A stretch of 64,000 nucleotides of DNA from Candidatus Daviesbacteria bacterium (GCA_041690695.1 JBEPVZ010000003.1:13633-77632), one strand, 5' to 3'. Shown: positions 10,200-20,262, counted from the first letter of the stretch. The notes: generated from the letters alone by a model not told the origin. Made by a program: numbers and translations.

Positions 10200-12326
10200 T
10201 TGACTGGGTTTGTAATTATCGGTCAAAGTCAATCAGTTTTCGCAATCGGTTTTACCAAAAACTGTTATCCCGTCTCCTGTGATCAAGGAGTAAATACACC
10301 TGGAAACCAGATTACTTTTATTGCTAATTCTCCCGCGACTCAAACAATTTCTGGAAGAACTTACACTCTAAATTGTTGGAACTCTCAAGAAAGTAGTAAT
10401 GCGGGCGGAACAGTTAGCTTAGGCACAAATCTCCCTAGTACCAGTAATTGTACTTTGCAACATAATTACTATTCGATATCGGGCCCTTATGAGGTTAGTG
10501 GCCAAACTCAAGCTTGTTACCTTGATCCTGATTCTCATCTTTGTGTCGGAGGGCTCGAGAACGAATTGCTGGGGTTTGGATCAGTGACAGTTAACTCACC
10601 CGCTGGCTCCCCACCTCCTCCAAGCGGTGGAACACCACCTCCACCTCCTCCAAGCGGTGGAACACCACCTCCACCTCCTCCCCCCCCCTCAGGCTGTACA
10701 ACCTCGTCATGTCAGTGTTCTGTTACAAACTCTTCGGGCGGAGTAACGACAAGCATAATTAATGGCAGCTCTTGTACTTCAGCCGATCAAGCCACTTGCC
10801 AATTTTTCACTGGTGGGAATCCCGGCTGGAGCGCTTCGACCCAAACAATAACGGTTCCAAGCAGTTGTAGTGCACCTCCTCCTCCGAGTGGTGGCGGTGG
10901 CGGCGGCGGATCTTGTGTGGCTGATTATGGCTGTGGTTGTGATGGAAGTGGTCTGCCTTACACTTGGCTATCGTGTCATCAGGATCTAACCACGGCGACC
11001 GTTATTCCTGACCCCGTTGAGGTCGGAACCGATCTAACAATACATGCTCATAGCACCGCTAGTACCAACGCGGCTCTGATTTGGATTTCATATGGGACGG
11101 CCCCACAGACACTATTTGTTGGTGACATTTTCTGTACTGGCTTATCTCCCCGAGATAATGGCGGGGTCGGAAATCTGACCAATGTCCAAGATATTACTTT
11201 TAACTGTAATATTCCGGGTAGTGCTCAAGTCGGTCCTTATAGTTGGGAGTTAGAAATGGGCAATGGCTGGGCCACTGGCACAGGTACGATTATGGCCAAC
11301 GTCCCAACCCCAACCGCAACAATCACTCACGTTCAAGGGAGCACAACCTGTTTACCAACAACCGGCGACGATGGCAGTGGAATCTTAATTACTTGGGGCT
11401 CCGATTTTCCGGTGGATCACCTGTTTGTAGCTGAGCAACGTGGTTATAGTGGAGTATTTACATCCAAGGCCGTTTCTGGAACCAGTACCGATGGACAAGG
11501 CTTTATTCTTAGTAATTATAAATTTTGGCCGGGCATTACTTATTACTTCCAAACTCAAGGCCCTGGTGGCTACACTAGTGAATGGTCAGATCCACTCACC
11601 CCAGTCGCCTGCGCAAACACACCAGGTCCTTTTACCATAACCCAAGCGGTCAGTAGTTGTGTTGGAGGACTCCATAACCATATTGTGTGGAGCTCTTCGT
11701 CTAATACCACCTTCTATTCTGTTAATGGCGGCAGCGCCGGTTGGGCTCCAGCTTGGTTAAATTTAAGCTATGATGATTATGGGGTTAGTGCAGGATCAAA
11801 TTATGACTATACGGTTATAGCCGGTAATGCTTATGGCTCAACCAGCTCTAATACGGTCAATGTTGTAGCGGCAACCTGTGATACTATTCCGCCAACTAAT
11901 AGTTCCATTACAGTTATCCCGTCTGGGACTTGTTGGAGTCCTGATAGTTGGTCTCCCGCCCAACGTGGTGAAATTAGTGGAACTTCGGCTGACAACCCTG
12001 GCGGAAGTGGGATCCAAAAGGTTGAGTTGTATGGTTTTGAGATTCCAAATTACGCTGCTCCAATTTTTGGGCCAGTATTAGCGGCTGGCACTACTTCCTG
12101 GACCGCGATTATGCCAACCAACAATCCTCCTTTACAACCTGGACATACCTATACGTTAAGAGCACTTGCAACTGATAATGGGGGCTTAAGTACTTGGAGT
12201 GCCTATACCCCATTTGGCGGGTTCCTCTGGAATAGTAGCGCAGCTGCTTGTGCAGCCCCGTTCTTAGATACCACCAAAGGCGATGTTCACTCCAATACAA
12301 AAATTGATACCCAAGGGGGGCAATAA
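10200..12326 (+). CDS. Large Cys/Pro/Thr-rich surface protein with Ig/FN3-like domains (start uncertain)
   Basis: Poly-Pro linkers, YDYTVIAGNAYG FN3-like strand, YTLRALATDNGG Ig-like strand; N- and C-termini shared with 12839. Confidence 0.7.
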   Translation: MTGFVIIGQSQSVFAIGFTKNCYPVSCDQGVNTPGNQITFIANSPATQTISGRTYTLNCWNSQESSNAGGTVSLGTNLPSTSNCTLQHNYYSISGPYEVSGQTQACYLDPDSHLCVGGLENELLGFGSVTVNSPAGSPPPPSGGTPPPPPPSGGTPPPPPPPPSGCTTSSCQCSVTNSSGGVTTSIINGSSCTSADQATCQFFTGGNPGWSASTQTITVPSSCSAPPPPSGGGGGGGSCVADYGCGCDGSGLPYTWLSCHQDLTTATVIPDPVEVGTDLTIHAHSTASTNAALIWISYGTAPQTLFVGDIFCTGLSPRDNGGVGNLTNVQDITFNCNIPGSAQVGPYSWELEMGNGWATGTGTIMANVPTPTATITHVQGSTTCLPTTGDDGSGILITWGSDFPVDHLFVAEQRGYSGVFTSKAVSGTSTDGQGFILSNYKFWPGITYYFQTQGPGGYTSEWSDPLTPVACANTPGPFTITQAVSSCVGGLHNHIVWSSSSNTTFYSVNGGSAGWAPAWLNLSYDDYGVSAGSNYDYTVIAGNAYGSTSSNTVNVVAATCDTIPPTNSSITVIPSGTCWSPDSWSPAQRGEISGTSADNPGGSGIQKVELYGFEIPNYAAPIFGPVLAAGTTSWTAIMPTNNPPLQPGHTYTLRALATDNGGLSTWSAYTPFGGFLWNSSAAACAAPFLDTTKGDVHSNTKIDTQGGQ
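10611..10688 (+). repeat. 30-bp tandem repeat (2.3 copies) ending in a C9 tract
   Basis: CCACCTCCTCCAAGCGGTGGAACACCACCT x2 plus a partial copy, encoding PPPPSGGTPP; C run at 10680-10688. Confidence 0.9.
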
Positions 12327-12383
12327 TCTTAATAACAGAGAACACCTTGACTTGTTCTCCTGATTGTAGGAATAATTAGAGTA

Positions 12384-12836
12384 ATGCAAAAGTCTGCCAA
12401 AGTTAGCTTAATTGTCGGGGGAATAATTCTAGCTCTAGTCTGTTTACTAATTGGCTATTTGTTAGGTAAAAATCAATTTAGAACGATATTTAGACCCTCA
12501 TTTGGTCAATTAGGCGGAATGACTTCTACAAGTCTAACTTCAAGCTTTGCCAGTCAAGCCAGCTTTAACGGTAAAGTCACTCAAATTAAAGACCAGATGG
12601 CGACAGTGTTGACCATGGATAATCAAACTCGAGACTTTACGATCTCAAAATCAGTGGCAGTTTTAGATCCTGCCGCCAAAAAAGTTGCCAGTGTGTCAGC
12701 GAACTCTAAACTAACCACTATTCCGCTAAATCAACCAGCTTTAATTACCGTTCAATTAGTCTTTAGTCGTCAAGGTAACAACACGACATCGGAATACCAG
12801 ATTACTAACGTTTTACTTGCCCCACCAACTCACTAA
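12384..12836 (+). CDS. Membrane-anchored protein (paralog of 9107)
   Basis: TM plus FASQASFNGKVTQI...NQTRDFTISK...LTTIPLN...YQITNV. Confidence 0.7.
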   Translation: MQKSAKVSLIVGGIILALVCLLIGYLLGKNQFRTIFRPSFGQLGGMTSTSLTSSFASQASFNGKVTQIKDQMATVLTMDNQTRDFTISKSVAVLDPAAKKVASVSANSKLTTIPLNQPALITVQLVFSRQGNNTTSEYQITNVLLAPPTH

Positions 12837-12838
12837 TA

Positions 12839-15475
12839 ATGTGGAAGATGAAAAGAGGTTATACCTACAAATTAACCGCTTATTTATTTAGTTTTTTTGT
12901 GGTCTTAACTGGATTTCTGGTTCTCGGTCAGGGCCATTCAGTTTTTGCGATTGGGACAATTAAGAATTGTTACCCTGCTTCCTGTGATCAAGGACCGTCA
13001 ACCAGCGGCAACCAGATTACTTTCAGTGCTAACTCCCCCCAAACTCAAACCGTGGCCGGAAGAACATATACTTTATCTTGTTGGAACTCCCAGATGAGCT
13101 CAACTTCTGGGGGGGTAGTCACAATTGGGAATGATATCCCCAGTAATAGTCAATGTACTTTTCAACACACTTACTACTCGACCTCCGGCCCGTACGATGT
13201 CAGTGGTCAAACCCAGGCTTGTTACCTAGATCCTGATTCCCATACCTGTACCGCTGGACTGGAGAATGAAACGGTAGGTTTTGGTTCAATAACTGTTCAG
13301 GCTTGGTCAAGCCCAGCACCACCACCACCAAGTAGCGGCAGCTATTCATATGGGGTAAGTATTAATCCCAACCATGGTGGACAAATCACAAGCATGGCGA
13401 CAAGTGTCACAACTGATAATCCAGGTTACAGTTCAGCAACAATTTACTATGATGGATCATTCATTTGTAATATAGGCGCGAGTAAAAGTGGTGCCTGCAC
13501 TTCTCTGGGTGGGAATCAAGGCAGTCATACTGTCCGAGCCGATTTTGCTAATGGTGGATCGGCTACCACAACTTATACCGTTGATCCAGGACAAGGCCCT
13601 CAACCAACTCCACCTCCAAGTTGTCCTTGTGGAAGTTTTTTGAGTTGTAATAATAATGGAGTGCCTGGGGATGGCTCTAATCCGAGTTGTAGTAATCCGA
13701 CCTACCAATGCTATGGTGTGCTTTCAGATGGAAGTTGTGGCGGTGGAACGAACAGTGTTACTGGCACCTTAACTCCTGATCCAGTCTTGGTTGGAAATAG
13801 CGTCACAGTCACTGCCGTTAACAATGCTTCGTCAGCTGATGCAGTCTTTATCTGGTATCAAGGCAACCCTAGCTGTCTAACAAATGGCCCTGGTAAATGG
13901 AGCTGTGGACATGATCCTAGCGCCCTGAGCTACTTCCCTCCTCCAGGTTTTGGTGCGGATGTCACTTGCTCTGCATCGCCATCCTCTCCTGGGAGTAAAA
14001 CAACTGTCATTACTTGCCCTATTCCTGCGAATGCCACTCTGGGTCAGTATCATTGGTACGTATCCAACGGGACCACTTCTGAAGCAAGCAATGGAGGTTC
14101 TTCATATAATGGCACCATCGTTGATGGAAATAGTTGTAACGATCCTAAATATAGGATCTCTCCTAATACCGGACCAATCGGTACTCAAATTACTATCTCA
14201 GGTTGGCCAGCTGGAAACTACCAATTAGGTATCCAACCAAATATGTCAAATGACCAGGAACTCTTTAGTCAGCCAAATTATGCCAGTTGGTCAAACCTCG
14301 GCCCAGTCACTATGGGTGGTGATAGTAACCATGCCACTTGGACAGTGACTCAACCTCCTATCAACCCTGGTAGGTTTGTAGCCTTAATGTTCACGACAAA
14401 CATCAATGCTCCCTGGAGTGGTCAAACTGTGACTTGTCCTTTTACACCAACTGCGACACCAGTAGCCCCTGGAGCTTTCGACTTTACCTCAAGCACCGGA
14501 ACAGTCTGTACGAGTGGGACTCCTCATAATGATATCTACTGGACTCAATCGAGTGGCGCTGATACCTACTCTCTCTGGCGTTCTGATCCAAATGGACCCG
14601 GTTCATATATTGCCACCCTGGCTTCTTGGCAAACCAGTTTTGCTGATTACAACGTTACACCTGGAGTAGTTTATACGTACATACTTTATGCCCAGAATTC
14701 GGTTGGATTTACCCAGACAAGCACTTTCGACAAAGTTATAACCACCTCAACATGTGGCCCAGCGGGAATTACGCTTGATCCACCAACAACCTCATGTAGC
14801 GGTAGCCCGGCTAAACCAACCGTTTACCTAGCGTGGAGTAGTGCTGGACCTGGAGTAACCTACAGTATTCATCGTCAAGATTATGGCTTTATTCTAACTG
14901 ACTGGTTTGGTGGTGGGTACCCAGATAGCACCGTTAATCAAGGCACAAACTATACCTATTATATTGAGGCTAAAGATTCCTCCGGCCTAACTACCGACTC
15001 AAACACCCAATCAATCACCTCCGCCAGTTGTGATGGGATAGCTCCTCCCGACGTCAATATTAGTGGTGGACCAACAGCCGCTTGTTACTCCCCTACAACT
15101 TGGGCTGGTGAAACCCCTATTAAAGTCATTGCTAACGATGATCCAGGTGGAAGTGGTATTAAATCAGTAGCGGTTTTACTTTATGAGGTCAATTCACCAT
15201 CTGACACCTTAGTTAAGTCCTACCCAACAACTTTCACAGGTGGCTATTGGCAAACCGCCCCGGGAGTACCTCAAGCGTCAGATTTTACTTCGGGTCAAAG
15301 CTATTATCTTCGAGCTACCGCCACCGATAACGCGAATAATACTTCGGCTCCAAGTATTAAAACTCCAGTCTTTGTCTGGAGTAATACTGCGACAGGTTGT
15401 CTTAATCCGTTCTTAAATACAACTCTTGGAGATGTCCATTCTAATACCAAAATTGATACTCGTGGTGGACAATAA
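12839..15475 (+). CDS. Large Cys/Pro/Thr-rich secreted surface protein with FN3/Ig-like domains
   Basis: Signal peptide ending VFA; YTYILYAQN, YTYYIEAKD, YYLRATATDNANN strands; paralog of 10200. Confidence 0.75.
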   Translation: MWKMKRGYTYKLTAYLFSFFVVLTGFLVLGQGHSVFAIGTIKNCYPASCDQGPSTSGNQITFSANSPQTQTVAGRTYTLSCWNSQMSSTSGGVVTIGNDIPSNSQCTFQHTYYSTSGPYDVSGQTQACYLDPDSHTCTAGLENETVGFGSITVQAWSSPAPPPPSSGSYSYGVSINPNHGGQITSMATSVTTDNPGYSSATIYYDGSFICNIGASKSGACTSLGGNQGSHTVRADFANGGSATTTYTVDPGQGPQPTPPPSCPCGSFLSCNNNGVPGDGSNPSCSNPTYQCYGVLSDGSCGGGTNSVTGTLTPDPVLVGNSVTVTAVNNASSADAVFIWYQGNPSCLTNGPGKWSCGHDPSALSYFPPPGFGADVTCSASPSSPGSKTTVITCPIPANATLGQYHWYVSNGTTSEASNGGSSYNGTIVDGNSCNDPKYRISPNTGPIGTQITISGWPAGNYQLGIQPNMSNDQELFSQPNYASWSNLGPVTMGGDSNHATWTVTQPPINPGRFVALMFTTNINAPWSGQTVTCPFTPTATPVAPGAFDFTSSTGTVCTSGTPHNDIYWTQSSGADTYSLWRSDPNGPGSYIATLASWQTSFADYNVTPGVVYTYILYAQNSVGFTQTSTFDKVITTSTCGPAGITLDPPTTSCSGSPAKPTVYLAWSSAGPGVTYSIHRQDYGFILTDWFGGGYPDSTVNQGTNYTYYIEAKDSSGLTTDSNTQSITSASCDGIAPPDVNISGGPTAACYSPTTWAGETPIKVIANDDPGGSGIKSVAVLLYEVNSPSDTLVKSYPTTFTGGYWQTAPGVPQASDFTSGQSYYLRATATDNANNTSAPSIKTPVFVWSNTATGCLNPFLNTTLGDVHSNTKIDTRGGQ

Positions 15476-15476
15476 G

Positions 15477-16406
15477 ATGAACCGATCTTTACCAAAAACT
15501 AAATATTTATTAGTCAGTAGTTGGATCTTCGTCCTAAGCTTTTGGGCTTTTGGGGTCTTACCAGCGAGCGTCTTAGCTCCAAGCTCAGCGGCCTCTTCAT
15601 GTGGTGATTCTCCTCGGGCCAATGGCTTAGTCACTAGTCCCAGTCTCGATACCTCAGTCGGAGTTAAATTTGGAACAACCGCCGGATCGTGTGTAACTAA
15701 TACTAACGAAGCCGCTCTGCCGACCTTTCAGATCCAAAGCTATGATGACCTTAGAGCTTTATATTATGATCAATTTAAAGCGCATAGCGGAGTAACTAAA
15801 AGAAGTTTAAGTGAATCTATAAATTTAAGTACTCTAAATCCGATCAATTTTAGTGGTGATAATATTTGGTTTACAAATTTATCAAATTTCAATATTCCTA
15901 GTTCGGGGATAACAGGCAGTGGTACTCAAGTTATCTTTATTGATGGCGAGTTAGAGATTCAACATGATATTAATTATCACACTGGCAACGCCGCTGGAGG
16001 GTTAGTTTTTATCGTTAAAGGCAATATTAATATTGACGCCAGTGTTCATCAGATCGATGCTTATTTAATTTCCGGACAAACAATCTGCACAGGCTATGAC
16101 TTTGGGAGTAATAGTTGTCCAGGAGGGCTAGCGGCTAAAGATACTGTCCCATTAGTAATCAATGGAGGGCTCGTTTCATTAAACAATAGTACTTCTATTC
16201 GCTTTAGACGAGATCTAACTGATAATAGTACCGCAGCCGAGCAAGTTAATTATGATCCAAAGTATCTTTATCTCTTAAAAGGGATGGTTTCTCAAAGTTT
16301 AAGTATTACTACTCAAAACACTAATTTTGCCCCAACCCCAGCTCCTTTGCCGACGAGAACAGCTTTTCCAACTTCTACTCCAGCTTGTGTCCCACCAGCC
16401 TGTTAG
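15477..16406 (+). CDS. Secreted protein resembling the C-terminal beta-rich domain of CPR surface proteins
   Basis: ATG 1 nt after the upstream stop; signal peptide; VIFIDGELEI, GLVFIVKGNINID, IDAYLIS, LVINGGLV, AAEQVNYDPKYL. Confidence 0.65.
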   Translation: MNRSLPKTKYLLVSSWIFVLSFWAFGVLPASVLAPSSAASSCGDSPRANGLVTSPSLDTSVGVKFGTTAGSCVTNTNEAALPTFQIQSYDDLRALYYDQFKAHSGVTKRSLSESINLSTLNPINFSGDNIWFTNLSNFNIPSSGITGSGTQVIFIDGELEIQHDINYHTGNAAGGLVFIVKGNINIDASVHQIDAYLISGQTICTGYDFGSNSCPGGLAAKDTVPLVINGGLVSLNNSTSIRFRRDLTDNSTAAEQVNYDPKYLYLLKGMVSQSLSITTQNTNFAPTPAPLPTRTAFPTSTPACVPPAC

Positions 16407-16426
16407 CAAATAAATTGAGTTAAAAA

Positions 16427-17125
16427 CTATTTTCCGAAGTTTCGTTTCTGATTTTGATACCAAACAACCGCCTTCTTTAAATCAGCAGCATCAAATTCAG
16501 GCCAGAATTTAGTTGTAAAATATAACTCCGAATAAGCCGTCTGCCATAATAAGAAATTAGACAATCGGACTTTGCCACCGGTCCGAATCACTAGCTCTGG
16601 ATCGTTGGCTCCCCGAGTATATAAATTTTTAGCAATTAACTCATCATCAATATCTTCAACTTTAATGCCACTTTTGACAATATTTTTAATAGCTTCGATC
16701 AGCTCGCGTTTACCACCATAATTTAAAGCGATATTTAACTTTATCGATTCTTTATCAATATAGGTATCCCTAAGTTGAGTAACCATATTTTGAATACTTT
16801 TTGGTAGACCGTTTAACTCACCTAAGATGGCAATCCGAACCCCCTCTTTCATCATCCTTTTAAAACGAGTTCGGTAAGCTTGACGAAAAACTTGAAATAG
16901 CCCCGCAATCTCCCGTTTAGCTCGTTCGGTTAAATTCTCAGTTGAGAGAGCATAAACAGTTAGAGTTTTGACTCCTAATTTACTGGCGGCTTCAACAATC
17001 TTTTCTAGATTTTCAGCTCCAGCCTGGTGGCCTTTTAGATCAGGTAATCCCCGGGCACGAGCCCAGCGACGATTACCGTCCATGATTATGGCTATATGAG
17101 AAGGAACGTTGTCGAGAGTGTCCAT
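16427..17125 (-). CDS. uppS: Undecaprenyl diphosphate synthase (cis-prenyltransferase)
   Basis: HIAIIMDGNRRWA, YALSTEN, IRTGGKVRLSNFLLWQTAYSEL, RNFGK. Confidence 0.96.
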   Translation of the reverse strand: MDTLDNVPSHIAIIMDGNRRWARARGLPDLKGHQAGAENLEKIVEAASKLGVKTLTVYALSTENLTERAKREIAGLFQVFRQAYRTRFKRMMKEGVRIAILGELNGLPKSIQNMVTQLRDTYIDKESIKLNIALNYGGKRELIEAIKNIVKSGIKVEDIDDELIAKNLYTRGANDPELVIRTGGKVRLSNFLLWQTAYSELYFTTKFWPEFDAADLKKAVVWYQNQKRNFGK

Positions 17126-17200
17126 AATTAATAAATTTTTAATTTTATAATGATTAATTTTTAATAAATTCTTTAAAAATTAGAAATTGGAAATTAAAAA

Positions 17201-17740
17201 TTACTTTAACTCTATTACTTCTCCTCCTTCATAGATCCAAACCTGAACCGTCCTTTGTCTAATCGGATTTTTCCCTTCACCATTACGACCATCAAACTCA
17301 AAAATTGCCACTTGTTGGTATTTTCCAAGCTCCATTTTCCCGTTTCTGACCGGCACCGTTACACTCGGATGAGAATATAGCAAGCTCCGGATATGACTAG
17401 CAGCATTATAATCTTCATCAATCTCGTCACAATAAGGATTGTCCTGACAACGGTGTTTATAATTATCAGTTGGATGTGGATAATCGGCATGGCCATGAAC
17501 CCTAGTTGATCGTTTATCTTCAGGAATATGCTTTAAAGTGTGTCCTAAAATGTCCTCAAGTAAGTTTGGCTCGGCAATCTCTTGAACCACCACACCCAAG
17601 GTGGTGTGTTTACTATTAACCAAAATCCAGCCGTTATCGACCTTCGACTTAGAAATTAAGTCACTCACCTCTTTGGTAATATCTTTTAAATAAGTATGAT
17701 CTGTTGATGGAAATTTAATCTCTTTTAAATAAGTTTTCAT
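17201..17740 (-). CDS. YjbQ/UPF0047 family protein with internal insertion
   Basis: DITKEV, SKHTTLGV, NAASHIRS, LGKYQQVAIFEFDGR. Confidence 0.8.
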   Translation of the reverse strand: MKTYLKEIKFPSTDHTYLKDITKEVSDLISKSKVDNGWILVNSKHTTLGVVVQEIAEPNLLEDILGHTLKHIPEDKRSTRVHGHADYPHPTDNYKHRCQDNPYCDEIDEDYNAASHIRSLLYSHPSVTVPVRNGKMELGKYQQVAIFEFDGRNGEGKNPIRQRTVQVWIYEGGEVIELK

Positions 17741-18762
17741 TTTTGACGATTAACTAACATCTCAGCCAAACCGCTTAACAGTCCTTGATATTCTGGACTT
17801 GAGGTAATTTCAGGAATAACTTTTTTGGCCCGATCGACATATTCTAAAGCAATTTGCTTGGAATAGTCTAGTGCTCCAGTATTTTCAAAAATCTGCCTGA
17901 TTTCAGTCAATTCACCTTCGGATAAACTATTCTTGCCATAAAGCTCGTCTAGGCGTGCTGTTTGGGCTGAATTGGCCTGTTTTCGGGCTTGGATGATCAA
18001 GGTGGTGTTCTTACCTTCTTCGGCGTCTGATGAGGCAGACTTACCCGTTTTAGCTTCATCACCAAAAACGCCTAAAATATCATCTTGGATTTGGAAAGCA
18101 ATGCCCAAGTTATCTCCAAATTGCTTGATTAAATCAAGCATTGATTGATTAGCTCCACCTAAAACAGCCCCCAATGATAACGGACCGGTGGTCGTATACT
18201 GGGAAGTTTTTAAGATGGCAAGTTGGATAATATCTGAGGTCCCTTCAACATCGAGCATCTCCCCCATGATGGTGTCCATAACCGTCTGGGTAAAGACTTC
18301 AACCGCTTGAAGTTTAATTAAGTCTGGAAAATTTGTTTTTAATATCAATTGATTAGCTAGAAAGAAACCGAGATCTCCTAAACAGATCGTTTGTGAGATC
18401 CCATAATGATCACCACCGAGAGCTTTATAAAGAGTTGGCTTACCTCGTCTGAGCGGGCTTTTATCAATGATATCGTCGTGAGCTAAGATAGCGGTTTGGA
18501 AGATTTCAAACGCCACCGAGGCAGCCATAATATCTGTAGTTCGGGGTTGGGAGTTCGTAGTTGGGGCAGATAACTCATATCCGAGCTTTACCAGTACTCC
18601 CCTAATCCGCTTTCCGCCTTCAGTTGAAGTTTCAAACTGTTGACTAAGATGACTGATTAACGGATTTAAAGTCGAGATATTTTTATTCCATGATTTAAAG
18701 AATTGGTCAAGTTGAAGATTTACTTCTGAAGCGTTTGTTTGAAGATAGTCTTCGAAGGTCAT
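17737..18762 (-). CDS. Polyprenyl diphosphate synthase (trans-prenyltransferase)
   Basis: GGKRIRG, HDDIIDKSPLRRGKPT, GEMLD, KT, FQIQDDILG; start moved to ATG 18762 to avoid overlap with the divergent gene. Confidence 0.92.
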   Translation of the reverse strand: MTFEDYLQTNASEVNLQLDQFFKSWNKNISTLNPLISHLSQQFETSTEGGKRIRGVLVKLGYELSAPTTNSQPRTTDIMAASVAFEIFQTAILAHDDIIDKSPLRRGKPTLYKALGGDHYGISQTICLGDLGFFLANQLILKTNFPDLIKLQAVEVFTQTVMDTIMGEMLDVEGTSDIIQLAILKTSQYTTTGPLSLGAVLGGANQSMLDLIKQFGDNLGIAFQIQDDILGVFGDEAKTGKSASSDAEEGKNTTLIIQARKQANSAQTARLDELYGKNSLSEGELTEIRQIFENTGALDYSKQIALEYVDRAKKVIPEITSSPEYQGLLSGLAEMLVNRQK

Positions 18763-18805
18763 CAGACCCCAAATGTAGCACAAAGCTATGCTACAATCCA
18801 GTTGA

Positions 18806-19603
18806 ATGATCAAAAAACTGATAATAATCAAACTCGGTGGTGGGTTAATTACGTACAAGAACTCTCCAACTCCCCGCTTAAAAACTAAAGTTTTAATTGA
18901 AATCGTTAACCAGATAAAAAAACTTAATTATCAGGGATATAGTTTTGTAATTATTCATGGAGCCGGCTCGTTCGGCCATCCCTTGGCGAAAAAATATCGC
19001 ATTAATGAGGGCGTTTCGACCGAAGAACAACTTCATGCCGCTATAAATATTCAACTGACTATGCAACAGCTCAGCCTGATAATTGCTAATCAGTTTCATA
19101 AAGTTGGCTTAAACCCTCAAGTCATACCGACTCATTGTTTAGTTAGCCAAGATAATACTCAATTTAAAGATTTTCCAACGGAGATAATCAAACAGACGTT
19201 AACGGAAAAAACAATCCCAATTCTTTATGGTGATGTGGTAATGGACCGCACAACTCACTTCTCAATTATTTCTGGGGATACTTTAGTTGGTTACTTGGCT
19301 AAGCAATTAAAAGCCAACCAAGTCATCTTTTTATCGGATGTTGATGGTGTCTACAATCAAGATCCCAAGACCCATAAACAGGCTCAAAAATTTTCGATTA
19401 TTAACGACCAAAACGTCAACGAGATTCTAGTGAATATTAAACAAAATAATCCTAACGATGTTAGCGGCGAGATGGCTGGTAAGATTAAGCAAATTAAAAA
19501 GTTCTTAGGTGGTATTGAGGTAGGAATTGCCAGTGGCTTGCTTAAGGACAACTTAAGTAAAGCCATCCATGGAAGAGCAGGAACTAAACTTAAGCTTAAT
19601 TAG
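18806..19603 (+). CDS. Isopentenyl phosphate kinase (amino-acid kinase fold)
   Basis: IKLGGGLITYK, IIHGAGSFGHP (IPK-specific His), PILYGDVV, IISGD, SDVDGVY, DVSGEMAGK; isoprenoid gene context. Confidence 0.88.
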   Translation: MIKKLIIIKLGGGLITYKNSPTPRLKTKVLIEIVNQIKKLNYQGYSFVIIHGAGSFGHPLAKKYRINEGVSTEEQLHAAINIQLTMQQLSLIIANQFHKVGLNPQVIPTHCLVSQDNTQFKDFPTEIIKQTLTEKTIPILYGDVVMDRTTHFSIISGDTLVGYLAKQLKANQVIFLSDVDGVYNQDPKTHKQAQKFSIINDQNVNEILVNIKQNNPNDVSGEMAGKIKQIKKFLGGIEVGIASGLLKDNLSKAIHGRAGTKLKLN

Positions 19604-20244
19604 ACACCTAAATAACTAAATAGCTCTGTCGGAAAAGTGTCATTTGGCTGAAGATAAGTTCTGGGTAAAAAGTCTCTGTTGCCACCCATAAATTCTTTTA
19701 AACATGTAATCGCTTCTTCAGTTCCAGGCCGCCAACGCAAACTACCAACATTTACTCTTTTATCATCTTCCAAACTGTTCAGAAATCTTTTAAGTGCGGC
19801 GCTGACCGGTGGTCTCAGAAAATCAGGCAAATTCTCAGAATCTGTTCGTCCGAAGGAATGTTTTGGAGCAGTTAAGATCTCATCAATATCGACCCAACGA
19901 GCATCTGTTGTCGCCGGATCAGACCCAATTTGAACTCCGCCATGAGTTGCATGTAGCGCATAGGCTTTTAGCCAAATACCTGGCCAAAATTGGATTTCTG
20001 CCAGGGGGTTTTGCGTCAGGTTTTGTTCAGCAAAGCTCAGTCCCGTAGTCTCCTCGCCACAAATACTCCGCCTAAGTGTATCCTCATCGCTCTCTCCAAG
20101 TTCTTGAGTTTCCATGGGAATAGACATCATTCCTTCAAGTTTACGAGTGAATCTGCGAGTATTTTGCTCAGTAACAACTAAAATTCTCTGATCAGGATGA
20201 ATTACTACCGCACCAACTCCGACACCGACCACTTCTTTAATCAT
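19600..20244 (-). CDS. Nudix-fold protein with degenerate Nudix box
   Basis: VGVGAVVI...ILVV; SIPMETQELGESDEDTLRRSICGEETTGL; DARWV. Confidence 0.6.
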   Translation of the reverse strand: MIKEVVGVGVGAVVIHPDQRILVVTEQNTRRFTRKLEGMMSIPMETQELGESDEDTLRRSICGEETTGLSFAEQNLTQNPLAEIQFWPGIWLKAYALHATHGGVQIGSDPATTDARWVDIDEILTAPKHSFGRTDSENLPDFLRPPVSAALKRFLNSLEDDKRVNVGSLRWRPGTEEAITCLKEFMGGNRDFLPRTYLQPNDTFPTELFSYLGV

Positions 20245-20262
20245 AAATTGTCTGGAATTATA

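Noticed and set aside
17737-18858. Extended ORF-track starts (also 1786, 5014, 15426, 26450, 29815)
   Set aside because: The extensions overlap neighbouring genes, a tRNA or the promoter; downstream ATGs fit the family N-termini and promoter spacing
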